Assembly (NCBI GenBank): GCA_963666055.2
Contig: CAXWPH010000015.1
Span: 1,440,001 to 1,504,000, forward strand
Length of the DNA: 64,000 nucleotides
DNA from: Acidobacteriota bacterium
GTDB taxonomy: Bacteria; Acidobacteriota; UBA890; WLXD01
Reading direction: 5' to 3'
The number at the start of each line of letters is the position of its first letter. Within the stretch, counting starts at the first letter, position 1. The notes beneath the pieces were generated by a model that worked only from the letters and a program-made list of their open reading frames with translations, was not told the DNA's origin and ran no database searches. Of the stretch, positions 39,790 to 49,340 are shown piece by piece. Made by a program: the position numbers and the translations under genes.

Positions 39790-40265
39790 TACCCTTTGGC
39801 CGGCGGCGCGTACATGGTCAGCTGCTCGTAGAGCATGGCGGGTCGAGCCGCGCCTTCGACCCGGATCTCCACCTCGTGCGTCAGCACGGTTCCCTTGGGC
39901 TTGGCGACGACGTCGGTAAGGCGCTGCCGTAGGCGCACCCGACTGCCGACGCGAACGGGATCGATGAACCGCAGCCGATTGGCCCCGTAGTTGATCGTCA
40001 TCTCCGCACCGGTGAGCTCGAGCTCGGATCCGTCGCGCAGCGAGGCGGTCAGGCTGAGCATCAGGAACCCATGGGCGATCGTCGTGCCGAACGGCCCTGC
40101 CTGGGCGCGCGCAATATCTTCGTGGATCCACTGATGATCATCGGTAACGTCGGCGAAGGTGTTGATGCGCTCTTGCGTGATCTCCAGCGCTGGGCCGTAG
40201 TCGCCGAACTCATCGCTGATGAGGTCGCGGAGACCGTCGATATCGTCGAAGCGGATTTGAGTCAT
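39789..40265 (-). CDS. MaoC family dehydratase
   Basis: FADVTDDHQWIH, GPFGTTIAHGFL, NYG. Confidence 0.9.
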   Translation of the reverse strand: MTQIRFDDIDGLRDLISDEFGDYGPALEITQERINTFADVTDDHQWIHEDIARAQAGPFGTTIAHGFLMLSLTASLRDGSELELTGAEMTINYGANRLRFIDPVRVGSRVRLRQRLTDVVAKPKGTVLTHEVEIRVEGAARPAMLYEQLTMYAPPAKG

Positions 40266-40356
40266 CGAGCTACTCGGTTCCTGAGCCTGGTGACCTACGT
40301 TGCGGCCCGCCATAATGCCATCCCTTCCATACAGGTTCCATCTGCGGGTGTTGACG

Positions 40357-42096
40357 ATGAACGAGAACGACCGAGCGGCAGGCAGGCGTTGGCGAGCCCA
40401 TCATGAGGGTCGAAACCTGCTGACTGGCGTTGCACCGTGGTCGAGGCTGTGGCTGTCGGTAGCGGCCGTGGCGCTGGCGTTGGCGCTTCCGGTGGCCTGC
40501 GGCCCGGCTTCGCCGGCGGCAGCCGAGGGTGAAGGGTCGGTCGCCACCAGTGTGTCCACGGCCACGCCGCCGCGAGCCCGAGCCGACGGGGAGACGCTCG
40601 AGGGTGGCTACTTCGGCTCCGACGCCGCCCAGGTGGTGTTCAAAGGAATCCCCTACGCCATGCCCCCGGTCGGAGAGCTTCGCTGGCGGCCCCCGCAGCG
40701 GCGCGACCCGCGTGAGGGAGTGCAGTCGGCCACCACGTTCCCGCCGGCCTGCCCGCAGACCGACGGCAACCTGAGCTGGTATCGGTCGGTGGCCATCGGG
40801 CTGGGGCAGGATCCGAACGTCGTCTTCGGCATGCCGCCGGTCAGCGAGGACTGCCTCTACATCAACGTCTGGACCACCAACTGGCAGGGCGATACGCCAC
40901 AGCCGGTGATGGTGTGGATCTACGGCGGTGGCAACACCGTCGGGTGGTCCACGGAGCCGCCGTATCTCGGCCACCGCCTGGTGCGTCGCGGGGTGGTGGT
41001 GGTGTCGCTGAACTACCGCGTCAACAACTTCGGCTTCATGGCGCACCCGGGGCTGACGGCAGAGTCGGACAACGACGCTTCGGGCAACTACGGTCTGCTC
41101 GACCAGATCGCCGCCTTGGAGTGGGTGCAGCGCAACATCGCGCAGTTCGGTGGCGACCCTGATCGGGTCACTATCTTCGGCGAGTCGGCCGGCGGAGCCA
41201 ACGTGGCGTTCTTGCTGGCCTCGCCGCTCGCTGAGGGGCTGTTCCACCGAGCCATTTCCCAGAGCGGTGGGTATCCTGTGCGCTCGTTCTACAACCTCGA
41301 GCAGGCCGAGGAAAGAGGGCGGCAGCTTGGCAAGGTGCTGGGCGGTGCGGCGGCGAGCCAGGACCCGGCCGAATCGCTGGCTGCCATGCGAGCCGCCAGC
41401 ATCGAGGAGATCCTCGAGGCCAGGCTGCCCCAGGGTAGCGGCGGGGGCGGACCGAATGTCGACGGCTGGGTCGTGCCGCACTCGTTGGCGGAGACGTTCG
41501 CGTCCGGCGAGCAGCACGCTGTCCCGCTGCTCATCGGCTTCAACGCCAACGAGGGTGCCATGGGGGCGCAGCGCGAGCTCGATGCGCAACGAGTCGAGGA
41601 GACCATCCGCGAGACCTACCGCTCGCTTGCCGATCGGGCCATGGAGATCTATCCGGTAGACGGCGACGAGGAGCTCGCCGACGTTCTCGATCGCTACAGC
41701 ACCAACACGACGTTTGGCTGTAGCTCCAAATACATCACCGCCGCGACCCCGCAAACAGGCGCCAACGCGTGGCTGTATTTCTTCACCCGCGTGCAGCCCG
41801 GCGGAAAGCTGGGCGCCTACCATGGGGCCGAGATTCCCTACGTGTTCAACACTCCCGACTCGTGGATGCCGTGGGACACGACCGACGCAGCGCTGACCGA
41901 GGCAGTCGGTGGCTACTGGACACAGTTCGCCTCCACCGGCGATCCGAATCGCGACGGGCTTCCGCAGTGGCCGGCCTGGGAAGAATCGACCGACGCCTAC
42001 ATGGAGCTCGGCGATCGCGTCAGGGCCGGAGAGGAACTACGTCAGGACGCCTGTGCCCTCTACAACGAGGCGCTGGCGATGTGGGCAAAGGAGTAG
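40357..42096 (+). CDS. Type B carboxylesterase (probable lipoprotein; start uncertain)
   Basis: FKGIPYA, SEDCLYINVW, GNYGLLDQ, GESAG, HGAEI. Confidence 0.92.
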   Translation: MNENDRAAGRRWRAHHEGRNLLTGVAPWSRLWLSVAAVALALALPVACGPASPAAAEGEGSVATSVSTATPPRARADGETLEGGYFGSDAAQVVFKGIPYAMPPVGELRWRPPQRRDPREGVQSATTFPPACPQTDGNLSWYRSVAIGLGQDPNVVFGMPPVSEDCLYINVWTTNWQGDTPQPVMVWIYGGGNTVGWSTEPPYLGHRLVRRGVVVVSLNYRVNNFGFMAHPGLTAESDNDASGNYGLLDQIAALEWVQRNIAQFGGDPDRVTIFGESAGGANVAFLLASPLAEGLFHRAISQSGGYPVRSFYNLEQAEERGRQLGKVLGGAAASQDPAESLAAMRAASIEEILEARLPQGSGGGGPNVDGWVVPHSLAETFASGEQHAVPLLIGFNANEGAMGAQRELDAQRVEETIRETYRSLADRAMEIYPVDGDEELADVLDRYSTNTTFGCSSKYITAATPQTGANAWLYFFTRVQPGGKLGAYHGAEIPYVFNTPDSWMPWDTTDAALTEAVGGYWTQFASTGDPNRDGLPQWPAWEESTDAYMELGDRVRAGEELRQDACALYNEALAMWAKE

Positions 42097-42187
42097 CGAT
42101 CCGGGGGTGCCAGTACGGGCCACCAATCCTCAGCGTGGCGACAACCACCTACGCCGCGTGACCGGGGCCACCATCTCTCGAAGACAG

Positions 42188-43654
42188 CTAGCGCCTTTCG
42201 AAGACGATGCCGCGCTCGGAGCCCGAGCTCAGGCCGAATCCGGTGACGTTGCCGGCACGGTTGCGGTCGAACTCCAGGCTCGCCGGCTGCGGCCCCGACA
42301 TTCCCTGATCGCGGAATCGGATCTCGAAGCGGTCATCGGCCACCGGCGTGACCTGTAGCGGCGGCTCCTGCTCGATGCGCACCACCAGGCCACCGTCGGC
42401 CACCGAGAAACGGTAGGTGGCGTCGAGCTCGGGCGCGAAGAAGGCACCAGCGTAATCTGCCAGCTGGTCGGATGTCAGAGCCGGTGGCGCGGAAGTCTCG
42501 GCGACAGCTTGCCGGCCGCTCGAGCGGTCGTCGTCGACCTCTTCGGGCCCCAGCCGATCAGCCAGGTAGTGGTCGGCGACACGCTGCGCGAAGCGCCCGG
42601 GGGTAGCGTCGTCGTCGTTGCACGAGACGGCGATCGACAGGCCGGGCTCGACGAAGCGCACGAGCTGCGTGCGGAATCCCCAGGAGCTGCCGCTGTGCCC
42701 CACCGTGCTCAGACCTCGGTAATCAGAGAGCACGAGTCCCTGCGCGTAGCCTACCGGATCGCCGTTGTTGAGGTGCCCCTCGGTGAGCATCAGTGGATGA
42801 ATGGCGGGCTTGTCGTCGCCATGCAGGTAGTCATCCCAGCGCAGCAGGTCCTCCATCGTTGCGTAGAGCTGTCCGTCGCCGGCGACGTCGAAGTTGTAGT
42901 TGTGCACGATGCGCAGGCGGCCCTGATCGTCGCGCGCATAGCCGGTGGCGCGGCGCGGGACGATCCTCTCGAGGTTCTCGTACATGAAGCTGCCTTCCAT
43001 TCCCAGCGGATCGAAGATGCGCTCCTGCGCCATCTCGCCCAGCGACTGGCCACCGGCGCGTTCGATCACCTGCGACAGCAGCATGAAGGCGGTATTGCTG
43101 TACTGGTAGCGCTCGCCGGGTTGGAAGATCAGGGCACGCTGTCGCGACATCATTGCCCGGATCTGCGCGTGCGAGATCGGGTAGTAGTCACCGCGCCCGG
43201 CGAGCGGAAACAGGTTCAGGTAATTACGCAGGCCGCTGGTGTGGTGCAGCATGTGCCGCAAGGTGATCGGCCACTCGTACTCGGGTAGCTCCGGAAGCCA
43301 CTTGCGGATGTTGTCGTCGAGCGACAGCTTTCCTTCCAGCGCCAGCATGCTGATGCCGGCGGCGGTGAACTGCTTGGTCACCGAGCCGACGTCGAAGACG
43401 GTCTGCGGCGTGTTTGGGATACCGTGGTCGAGGTTGGCGTAGCCATAGCCGCGGGAGTAGATGAGGTCGCCGTCTTGGGCAACCGCCAGCGCGCAGCCCG
43501 GTGATCCCGGCTGATCCCAGGAAGCGAACACGGCATCGACCGCGGCGTTGTCGGCCCCGGTCTCCGCACCGCGAGGCGGGTTGTCTTGGTTGGCGCAGCC
43601 GACGGCGAGCGCCAGGACTGATACGAGAGCTGCGAAGCGACGGCAGGGAATCAT
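42188..43654 (-). CDS. Serine hydrolase, beta-lactamase-like lipoprotein with C-terminal domain
   Basis: AVGC lipobox, SVTK, YSN, HSG. Confidence 0.9.
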   Translation of the reverse strand: MIPCRRFAALVSVLALAVGCANQDNPPRGAETGADNAAVDAVFASWDQPGSPGCALAVAQDGDLIYSRGYGYANLDHGIPNTPQTVFDVGSVTKQFTAAGISMLALEGKLSLDDNIRKWLPELPEYEWPITLRHMLHHTSGLRNYLNLFPLAGRGDYYPISHAQIRAMMSRQRALIFQPGERYQYSNTAFMLLSQVIERAGGQSLGEMAQERIFDPLGMEGSFMYENLERIVPRRATGYARDDQGRLRIVHNYNFDVAGDGQLYATMEDLLRWDDYLHGDDKPAIHPLMLTEGHLNNGDPVGYAQGLVLSDYRGLSTVGHSGSSWGFRTQLVRFVEPGLSIAVSCNDDDATPGRFAQRVADHYLADRLGPEEVDDDRSSGRQAVAETSAPPALTSDQLADYAGAFFAPELDATYRFSVADGGLVVRIEQEPPLQVTPVADDRFEIRFRDQGMSGPQPASLEFDRNRAGNVTGFGLSSGSERGIVFERR

Positions 43655-43658
43655 TGGT

Positions 43659-44945
43659 CTACTCGATCAACGCCTGGTAGGTGAGGATGCGGATCTCGGC
43701 GCGGAGCGGGTAACGATCCGACGGCGATATCTGGGTCAGCAGCAACCCGACGAGCTCCTCGGTTCGGTCTACCCAGAAATAGGTACTGCGAGCGCCGCCC
43801 CAGGAGAACGAGCCGGCGGAGCCCGGCAACGACGACTGCGCCACGTCGGTGATCACCGCGCCGGTGAGCCCGTAGCCTACACCGCGCGGGCTCGACTGCA
43901 ACGAGCTGGCCATAGCCGCCATCGGCTCTGGGCCGAGCTCGGGGTCGAGGTGGTTCATCATCATCAAATCGACGGTTTTGCGGCCAAGAATACGCACCCC
44001 GTCAAGCTCACCGCTGTTGGCGAGCATCTGAGCGAAACGAAGGTAGTCGGCAGCGGTCGACACCGAGCCACTGCCGCCGTAGGGCACGCGGTCCGGATCA
44101 TGAATCCCCGGTCGGCTCGGCGCCCGCTCCATGCCGCGCTCCGGGGTAGCCCGGTAGCTGGCGGCCAGCCGGTCGGCGTGCTGCTCGGGAACGTGGAACG
44201 CCGTGTCGGTCATTCCGAGCGGCTCGAAGACCCGCTCGGCCAGGAACTCATCGAACGGCTGGCCCGACAGCACCTCCACCAATCTCCCCAGGACGTCCTG
44301 CGAGATGCTGTAGAACCACTTGCTGCCTGGCTGGTGCGCCAGCGGGATCGAAGCGACACGCTCGACGAAATCCGCTAGCGACGGCGCTGCGAACAGCTGC
44401 GCTTGACCGTACAGCTCGCCCACCGGAGTGTCGTTGCCGCCATAGATCAGGCCGGAGGTGTGGGTCAACAGATCCTCCACCGTCATCTCACGGTTGGTTG
44501 GCTCGGTCTGCGGGCTGGCGGCGGTGCCGCCCACCCACACCTCGAGGTCGGCGAACTCCGGCAGGTATTGGGAGACGGGGTCGGTGAGCAGGAAGCGACC
44601 CTCCTCGTAAAGGATCATCATCGCCACGCCGGTCATCGGCTTGGTCATCGACGCCATGCGGAAGATGGTGTCGGCACGCAGCGGCTTGCCCTCCTCGACG
44701 TCCATCATGCCGACCTGGTCGAAGTGCACCAGCTTGCCGCGGCGGGCGACGGCGGTGATGACACCGGGAAGAGTGCCGGCGTCGACGTAGCGTTGCATCG
44801 CTGGCCGGATGCGCGCCAGGCGCTCGCTCGACATGCCCACCTCTTCGGGAACGGCGCGCGGCAAGCCTTGCGCCGAAGCGGTGAGCGTTGCGCCGGCCAC
44901 CAATAGCGTCGTCGCCGTCGTGATGACGGAGATCTGTTTCTTCAT
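43659..44945 (-). CDS. Serine hydrolase, beta-lactamase class C-like, secreted
   Basis: FRMASMTK, LLTHTSGL, WGG; paralog of 36892-38166. Confidence 0.92.
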   Translation of the reverse strand: MKKQISVITTATTLLVAGATLTASAQGLPRAVPEEVGMSSERLARIRPAMQRYVDAGTLPGVITAVARRGKLVHFDQVGMMDVEEGKPLRADTIFRMASMTKPMTGVAMMILYEEGRFLLTDPVSQYLPEFADLEVWVGGTAASPQTEPTNREMTVEDLLTHTSGLIYGGNDTPVGELYGQAQLFAAPSLADFVERVASIPLAHQPGSKWFYSISQDVLGRLVEVLSGQPFDEFLAERVFEPLGMTDTAFHVPEQHADRLAASYRATPERGMERAPSRPGIHDPDRVPYGGSGSVSTAADYLRFAQMLANSGELDGVRILGRKTVDLMMMNHLDPELGPEPMAAMASSLQSSPRGVGYGLTGAVITDVAQSSLPGSAGSFSWGGARSTYFWVDRTEELVGLLLTQISPSDRYPLRAEIRILTYQALIE

Positions 44946-45192
44946 CCGGTTCCTCCGGCAAACACGGCGGTCTACTCGCCGTGTAACGCTGTCTAGTCGC
45001 CTCTGAGAAGTTCCATCGGGTCGCTGTGTAGGGCTCGCCAGGGCGGTGATTCCGATTGCCAGCAACGAACGCCACGGATGCCCCCGGGGTGCGTCGCTTG
45101 AACTCTATCGTAGTGCTCGGCACCATAGCCCAGCTCGGCGTACGCTCTGCCCGTTGGTGGCGTGTCTTTCCGCTTCTGGTGAGGAGTTGATC

Positions 45193-46788
45193 ATGCGTCC
45201 TTCCGTGTCCCGAATCACCATCGTGGTCTCGGCGATTGCAGTCGTCGCCTGCGCGCCGTCGATCGACTCACCGGGCGCCGGCAACGATGTTCGCGAGATC
45301 GACCTCGACGTGCTCCGCGACAAGGTACGCGGTGGCTGGGCCGGCCAGATGATCGGCGTCAGCTACGGCGCACCGACGGAGTTCCGCTACCTGGAGAGGC
45401 TCATTCCCGAGGCCGACTTGCCGGAGTGGACCCCCGAGATGGTGCGCGGCGCGCTCGATCAGGACGACCTGTACGTCGAGATGACCTTCGCGCAGGTGCT
45501 CGACGAGGTCGGTCTCGATGCCACCACCGACGACTTCGGCGCCATGTTTCGCGAGGCCGACTACCGCCTCTGGCACGCCAATCTGAGCGCCCGTCGGGCT
45601 CTGCGGCGTGGCGTACCGGCCACCGAGTCCGGCACGCCCCGGTACAACGCCCACGCCAACGACATCGACTTCCAGATCGAGGCCGACTTCGTTGGTCTGA
45701 TGACCCCGGGAATGCCGGTCGCTGGCGTCGAGTTGTGCTGGCGCGCCGGCCGGGTGATGAACTACGGCGATGGCATCTATGGCGGCATGTTCATCACCGG
45801 CATGTACTCGGCGGCGTACTTCGAAACCGACATGCGCGCCGTGGTCGAGGCCGGCCTGGCGACGTTGCCGGCCGAAAGCCCCTACGCCATGGTGATCTCC
45901 GACGTTTTGGCTTGGTATCAAGAGCATCCGGACGACTGGGAGGCTGTCTGGCAGCTGATCGAGGACAAGTGGAACGATCGCGAGCCCTGCCCGGCCGGCG
46001 CCATCCGTCCGTTCAACATCGACGCCAAGCTCAACGGCGCCTATATCGCGCTCGGGCTTCTGTACGGCGGGGGCGACCTCGAGCGCACCCTCGAGGTGTC
46101 GACGCGTGCCGGGCAGGATTCCGACTGCAACCCGTCGAATGCGCTCGGTGTTCTCGGCGTGATGCTCGGGTATGATGCGTTGCCGACGCGCTGGACCGGT
46201 GGTATCCCCGCCATCGCCGACGAGAAGTTCTCGTACACCGAGCACTCCTTCAACAGCATCGTCGACAGCACCATCCAGCGCGCCATCGCCATGGCCGAGC
46301 GCCACGGCGGAGGCATGGAAGGCGACTCGCTGCGCGTACCGATGCAGCAGGCGGAAGCCGCCGAGCTCGTAGTATGGGATGACTACGGCAGCCCGGTCGA
46401 GCGCATCGACACCGACGATGCGCGCTTCAGCTTCACTGGCGCGTGGGAACGCGAGCAGCGCACGTCGCGGCGCGCCGGTGACTGGTTCTTCCGCGCGTCG
46501 GCGTCGCAGGGGGCCGAGCTGACGGTGACCTTCGAGGGCACCGGAGCCATCCTCACGGGCCCCTGGCTCCCCGACGGAGGCGTGGCCGACGTGTACCTCG
46601 ACGACCAGCCCGTACGCACCATCGACGTGTATTCCGACGAGGAAAGCGCCAAGAGCTCCGAGACCGTCTGGCACGCCTTCGGGCTCGATGACGGAAGCCA
46701 CACGGTACGGCTGGTAGTACGCGGCGAGCCCTACGGTGAGTCGGCCGGCGCCCAGGTAGTGATCGACGACCTGGTGGTCTTCCGGTGA
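45193..46788 (+). CDS. ADP-ribosylglycohydrolase family lipoprotein
   Basis: VVAC lipobox, DKVRGGWAGQMIG, QDDLYVE, GQDSDCN; C-terminal beta domain. Confidence 0.85.
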   Translation: MRPSVSRITIVVSAIAVVACAPSIDSPGAGNDVREIDLDVLRDKVRGGWAGQMIGVSYGAPTEFRYLERLIPEADLPEWTPEMVRGALDQDDLYVEMTFAQVLDEVGLDATTDDFGAMFREADYRLWHANLSARRALRRGVPATESGTPRYNAHANDIDFQIEADFVGLMTPGMPVAGVELCWRAGRVMNYGDGIYGGMFITGMYSAAYFETDMRAVVEAGLATLPAESPYAMVISDVLAWYQEHPDDWEAVWQLIEDKWNDREPCPAGAIRPFNIDAKLNGAYIALGLLYGGGDLERTLEVSTRAGQDSDCNPSNALGVLGVMLGYDALPTRWTGGIPAIADEKFSYTEHSFNSIVDSTIQRAIAMAERHGGGMEGDSLRVPMQQAEAAELVVWDDYGSPVERIDTDDARFSFTGAWEREQRTSRRAGDWFFRASASQGAELTVTFEGTGAILTGPWLPDGGVADVYLDDQPVRTIDVYSDEESAKSSETVWHAFGLDDGSHTVRLVVRGEPYGESAGAQVVIDDLVVFR

Positions 46789-47267
46789 GCGTTGGTCGTT
46801 GGTTGCGAAATCGCCCCCGCGCGCTCGAGTGGTCGTATCGGCTGATGCTGGCGCTCATGAAGCCGGCTCGCGGCCTGGCCTCGGGCGGCGAGCTGCGCTG
46901 GCTCGATCGGCTGCTGCGCCCGGTCGAGCGCCTGAGCAAGGGGCTGGTCTTCGACTGCCGCATGTGCGGGCAGTGCGTGCTGCACTCCACCGGCATGACC
47001 TGCCCGATGAGCTGCCCCAAGAACCTGCGCAACGGGCCCTGCGGCGGGGTGCGTCTGAACGGCAACTGCGAGGTGCTTCCCGATGAGCCCTGCATATGGG
47101 TGGAGGCCTGGGAGCGCTCCAAGAAGATGGCGCACTACGGTCCCGCCATCCACGAGCTGCGGCCGCCTCTGGACTGGGCCCGGCAGGGGAGCGCTGCGTG
47201 GGTCAACGAGATGAAGGGGATGGGCGAGCCCGAGCCTGAGGGCTGGTCGTCCCGGGCACAGCGGTGA
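46785..47267 (+). CDS. metV: MTHFR C-terminal domain protein (MetV-like, Cys-rich)
   Basis: CRMCGQC..CPMSCPKNLRNGPCGG..CEV..CIW, directly before metF. Confidence 0.85.
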   Translation: MSVGRWLRNRPRALEWSYRLMLALMKPARGLASGGELRWLDRLLRPVERLSKGLVFDCRMCGQCVLHSTGMTCPMSCPKNLRNGPCGGVRLNGNCEVLPDEPCIWVEAWERSKKMAHYGPAIHELRPPLDWARQGSAAWVNEMKGMGEPEPEGWSSRAQR

Positions 47268-47340
47268 GTAAGAGCGATGAGCACTGGCAATGAGCATTTG
47301 GGCAGTGAGCACCGGACAATGAGCACTGAGCAATGAGCCG
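47265..47340 (+). repeat. Degenerate TGAGCA(A/C) heptamer tandem repeat
   Basis: About 11 units run from the metV stop into the metF start. Confidence 0.7.
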
Positions 47341-48244
47341 CGTGAGCTTCGAGGAGCGACTGCGGTCTGGCAAGTTCTGCGTCACCGCCGAGCTGAGCCC
47401 GCGCGACAGCGCCGACCCCGAGGTCGTCCTGGCGCCGGCCCGCACACTCGCCGCCGTCGTCGACGCCATCAACGTGCCCGATTCCACCGGCGCCAACGTG
47501 CACATGTCGCCGCTGGCCTGCTCGATCATGCTGCACCATGCCGGGATGGAGCCGATCATGCAGCTGGGCTGCCGCGATCGGAACCGCATCGGCCTGCAGG
47601 GTGACCTACTTGGAGCGGCGGCCAGCGGCATCCGTAACGTCTTCCTGATTACCGGCGATGACACCAGCGTCGGCAATCAGCCGGACGCCAAGCGCGTGTT
47701 CGACCTCGACTCGGCGCAGCTGCTGCACACCGCCGAAATGATGTGCGACCAGGGGCAGTTCCTGAACGCTACTCGGCTCGATCCGCCGCCGAGCTTCTTC
47801 ATCGGCGCCGCCGCCAACCCGTTCGTTCCTCCGTACGACTGGCGCCCGCACCGCCTCGGCAAGAAGGTCGAGGCCGGCGCGCGCTTCATTCAGACGCAGT
47901 TCTGCTTCGACGTTCCGCGCTTCGTGAGCTTCATGGAGCGAGTGCGCGATCTCGGTCTGCACGAGCGCGCCTTCATTCTGGCCGGGGTAGGGCCGTTGCC
48001 CTCGGCGCGAGTGGCGGACATCATCCGCACCCGCGTTCCCGGCGTGGTCATCCCGGATGCCATCGTCGACCGCATGGCCGGTGTGCCCGAAGCGGATCAG
48101 GGAGAGGAGGGCATGAAGATCTGTCTGGAGATCATCGAGCAGGTCCGACAGATCGAGGGTGTGGCCGGAGTTCATCTGATGGCGCACCGGCGCGAGAATC
48201 TGGTTGCTGAGGCCGTGCAACGAGCCGGGCTGCAAGACGAGTAG
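47333..48244 (+). CDS. metF: Methylenetetrahydrofolate reductase
   Basis: VTAELSP, CRDRNRIGLQGDLLGA, TGD, KKVEAGARFIQTQ, GVHLMA. Confidence 0.93.
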   Translation: MSRVSFEERLRSGKFCVTAELSPRDSADPEVVLAPARTLAAVVDAINVPDSTGANVHMSPLACSIMLHHAGMEPIMQLGCRDRNRIGLQGDLLGAAASGIRNVFLITGDDTSVGNQPDAKRVFDLDSAQLLHTAEMMCDQGQFLNATRLDPPPSFFIGAAANPFVPPYDWRPHRLGKKVEAGARFIQTQFCFDVPRFVSFMERVRDLGLHERAFILAGVGPLPSARVADIIRTRVPGVVIPDAIVDRMAGVPEADQGEEGMKICLEIIEQVRQIEGVAGVHLMAHRRENLVAEAVQRAGLQDE

Positions 48245-48252
48245 GAGGCACC

Positions 48253-49185
48253 GTGGCCGCGAAGATCGTCGTCGTCGGAAGCTTCAATACCGATCTGACT
48301 GCCTACGTGCAGCGCATGCCGCGGCCCGGTGAGACCGTCGCCGGCGACCGCTTCGTCACCGGCCCTGGCGGCAAGGGCTCCAACCAGGCAGTGGCGGCGG
48401 CGCGGCTCGGCGCCGAAGTCACCTTCGTCGGCCGCATCGGCGACGACGTGTTCGCCTCGGTGGGGCTCGATTTGTGGCGCGCCGAGGGCATCAACGCCGA
48501 CCACGTGGTGCAGGACCCGGATGTCGCCACCGGCGTGGCGCCGATCGTGGTCGACGCCACCGGCGAGAACAGCATCTGTGTGATCCTGGGGGCAAACTTG
48601 CGCATCAGCACCGACGACATCGATGTGGCGGCCGAGGTTATTGCCAGCGCCGACGTCCTGCTGACCCAGCTGGAGACCAATCACGACGCGGTGGTCCGAG
48701 CGCTCGAGGTGGCCCGCCGCGCGGGCGTGCGGACCATCCTCAACCCGGCACCGGCGAGCGTATTGCCGCAGGAAACGCTAGCGCTTGCCGACTACTTGAC
48801 GCCGAACGAGATCGAGTTGGAGGTCATCAGTGGCCTCGAGGGTGGATCTGTCGACGAGGCCATCGCCGCCGTGCGCACCGACGAGGAGCAGGTGGTGGTG
48901 GTGACGTTGGGTTCGAAGGGTGCGCGCTACGTGCGGCCACCGGGAGAGGGTCCCGATGACGGCGTCATCGACGGATTCGAGGTCGATGTCGTCGATACGA
49001 GCGGTGCCGGCGACGCATTCAATGCCGGCCTCGCCGTCGCTCTCGCCGAGGAGCGCGATTTGCCGGACGCGATCCGCTTTGCCAACGCGACCGCGGCGCT
49101 CAGCGTCACCAAGCCGGGCACTGCGGCGTCGATGCCGAGGCGTGAAGAGGTGGAGTCGCTGCTGCACGACTCCAGGGAGCGCTGA
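48253..49185 (+). CDS. rbsK: Ribokinase
   Basis: GSFNTD, PGGKGSNQAVAAARLG, NEIE, DTSGAGDAF. Confidence 0.9.
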   Translation: MAAKIVVVGSFNTDLTAYVQRMPRPGETVAGDRFVTGPGGKGSNQAVAAARLGAEVTFVGRIGDDVFASVGLDLWRAEGINADHVVQDPDVATGVAPIVVDATGENSICVILGANLRISTDDIDVAAEVIASADVLLTQLETNHDAVVRALEVARRAGVRTILNPAPASVLPQETLALADYLTPNEIELEVISGLEGGSVDEAIAAVRTDEEQVVVVTLGSKGARYVRPPGEGPDDGVIDGFEVDVVDTSGAGDAFNAGLAVALAEERDLPDAIRFANATAALSVTKPGTAASMPRREEVESLLHDSRER

Positions 49186-49340
49186 TACTGCTGAGGCAGC
49201 CGCCCCATCCGCTCAATCGTTCACAGTGCGCGGTGTCGCTGTTTGAATAGGATCCACCGTAGGCGTTGCAAGGTACGCGACGCGAGATCGAGATTGCGGC
49301 TTCGTCGAGCCTGAACCAATCGCTCATCGGGAGCGTGCAC

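Noticed and set aside
36892-44945. Beta-lactam resistance cluster
   Set aside because: SxxK proteins of this type are mostly esterases or peptidases; nothing indicates true AmpC enzymes
47265-47340. CRISPR array
   Set aside because: Units are 6-8 bp with no spacers, and there are no cas genes in the window
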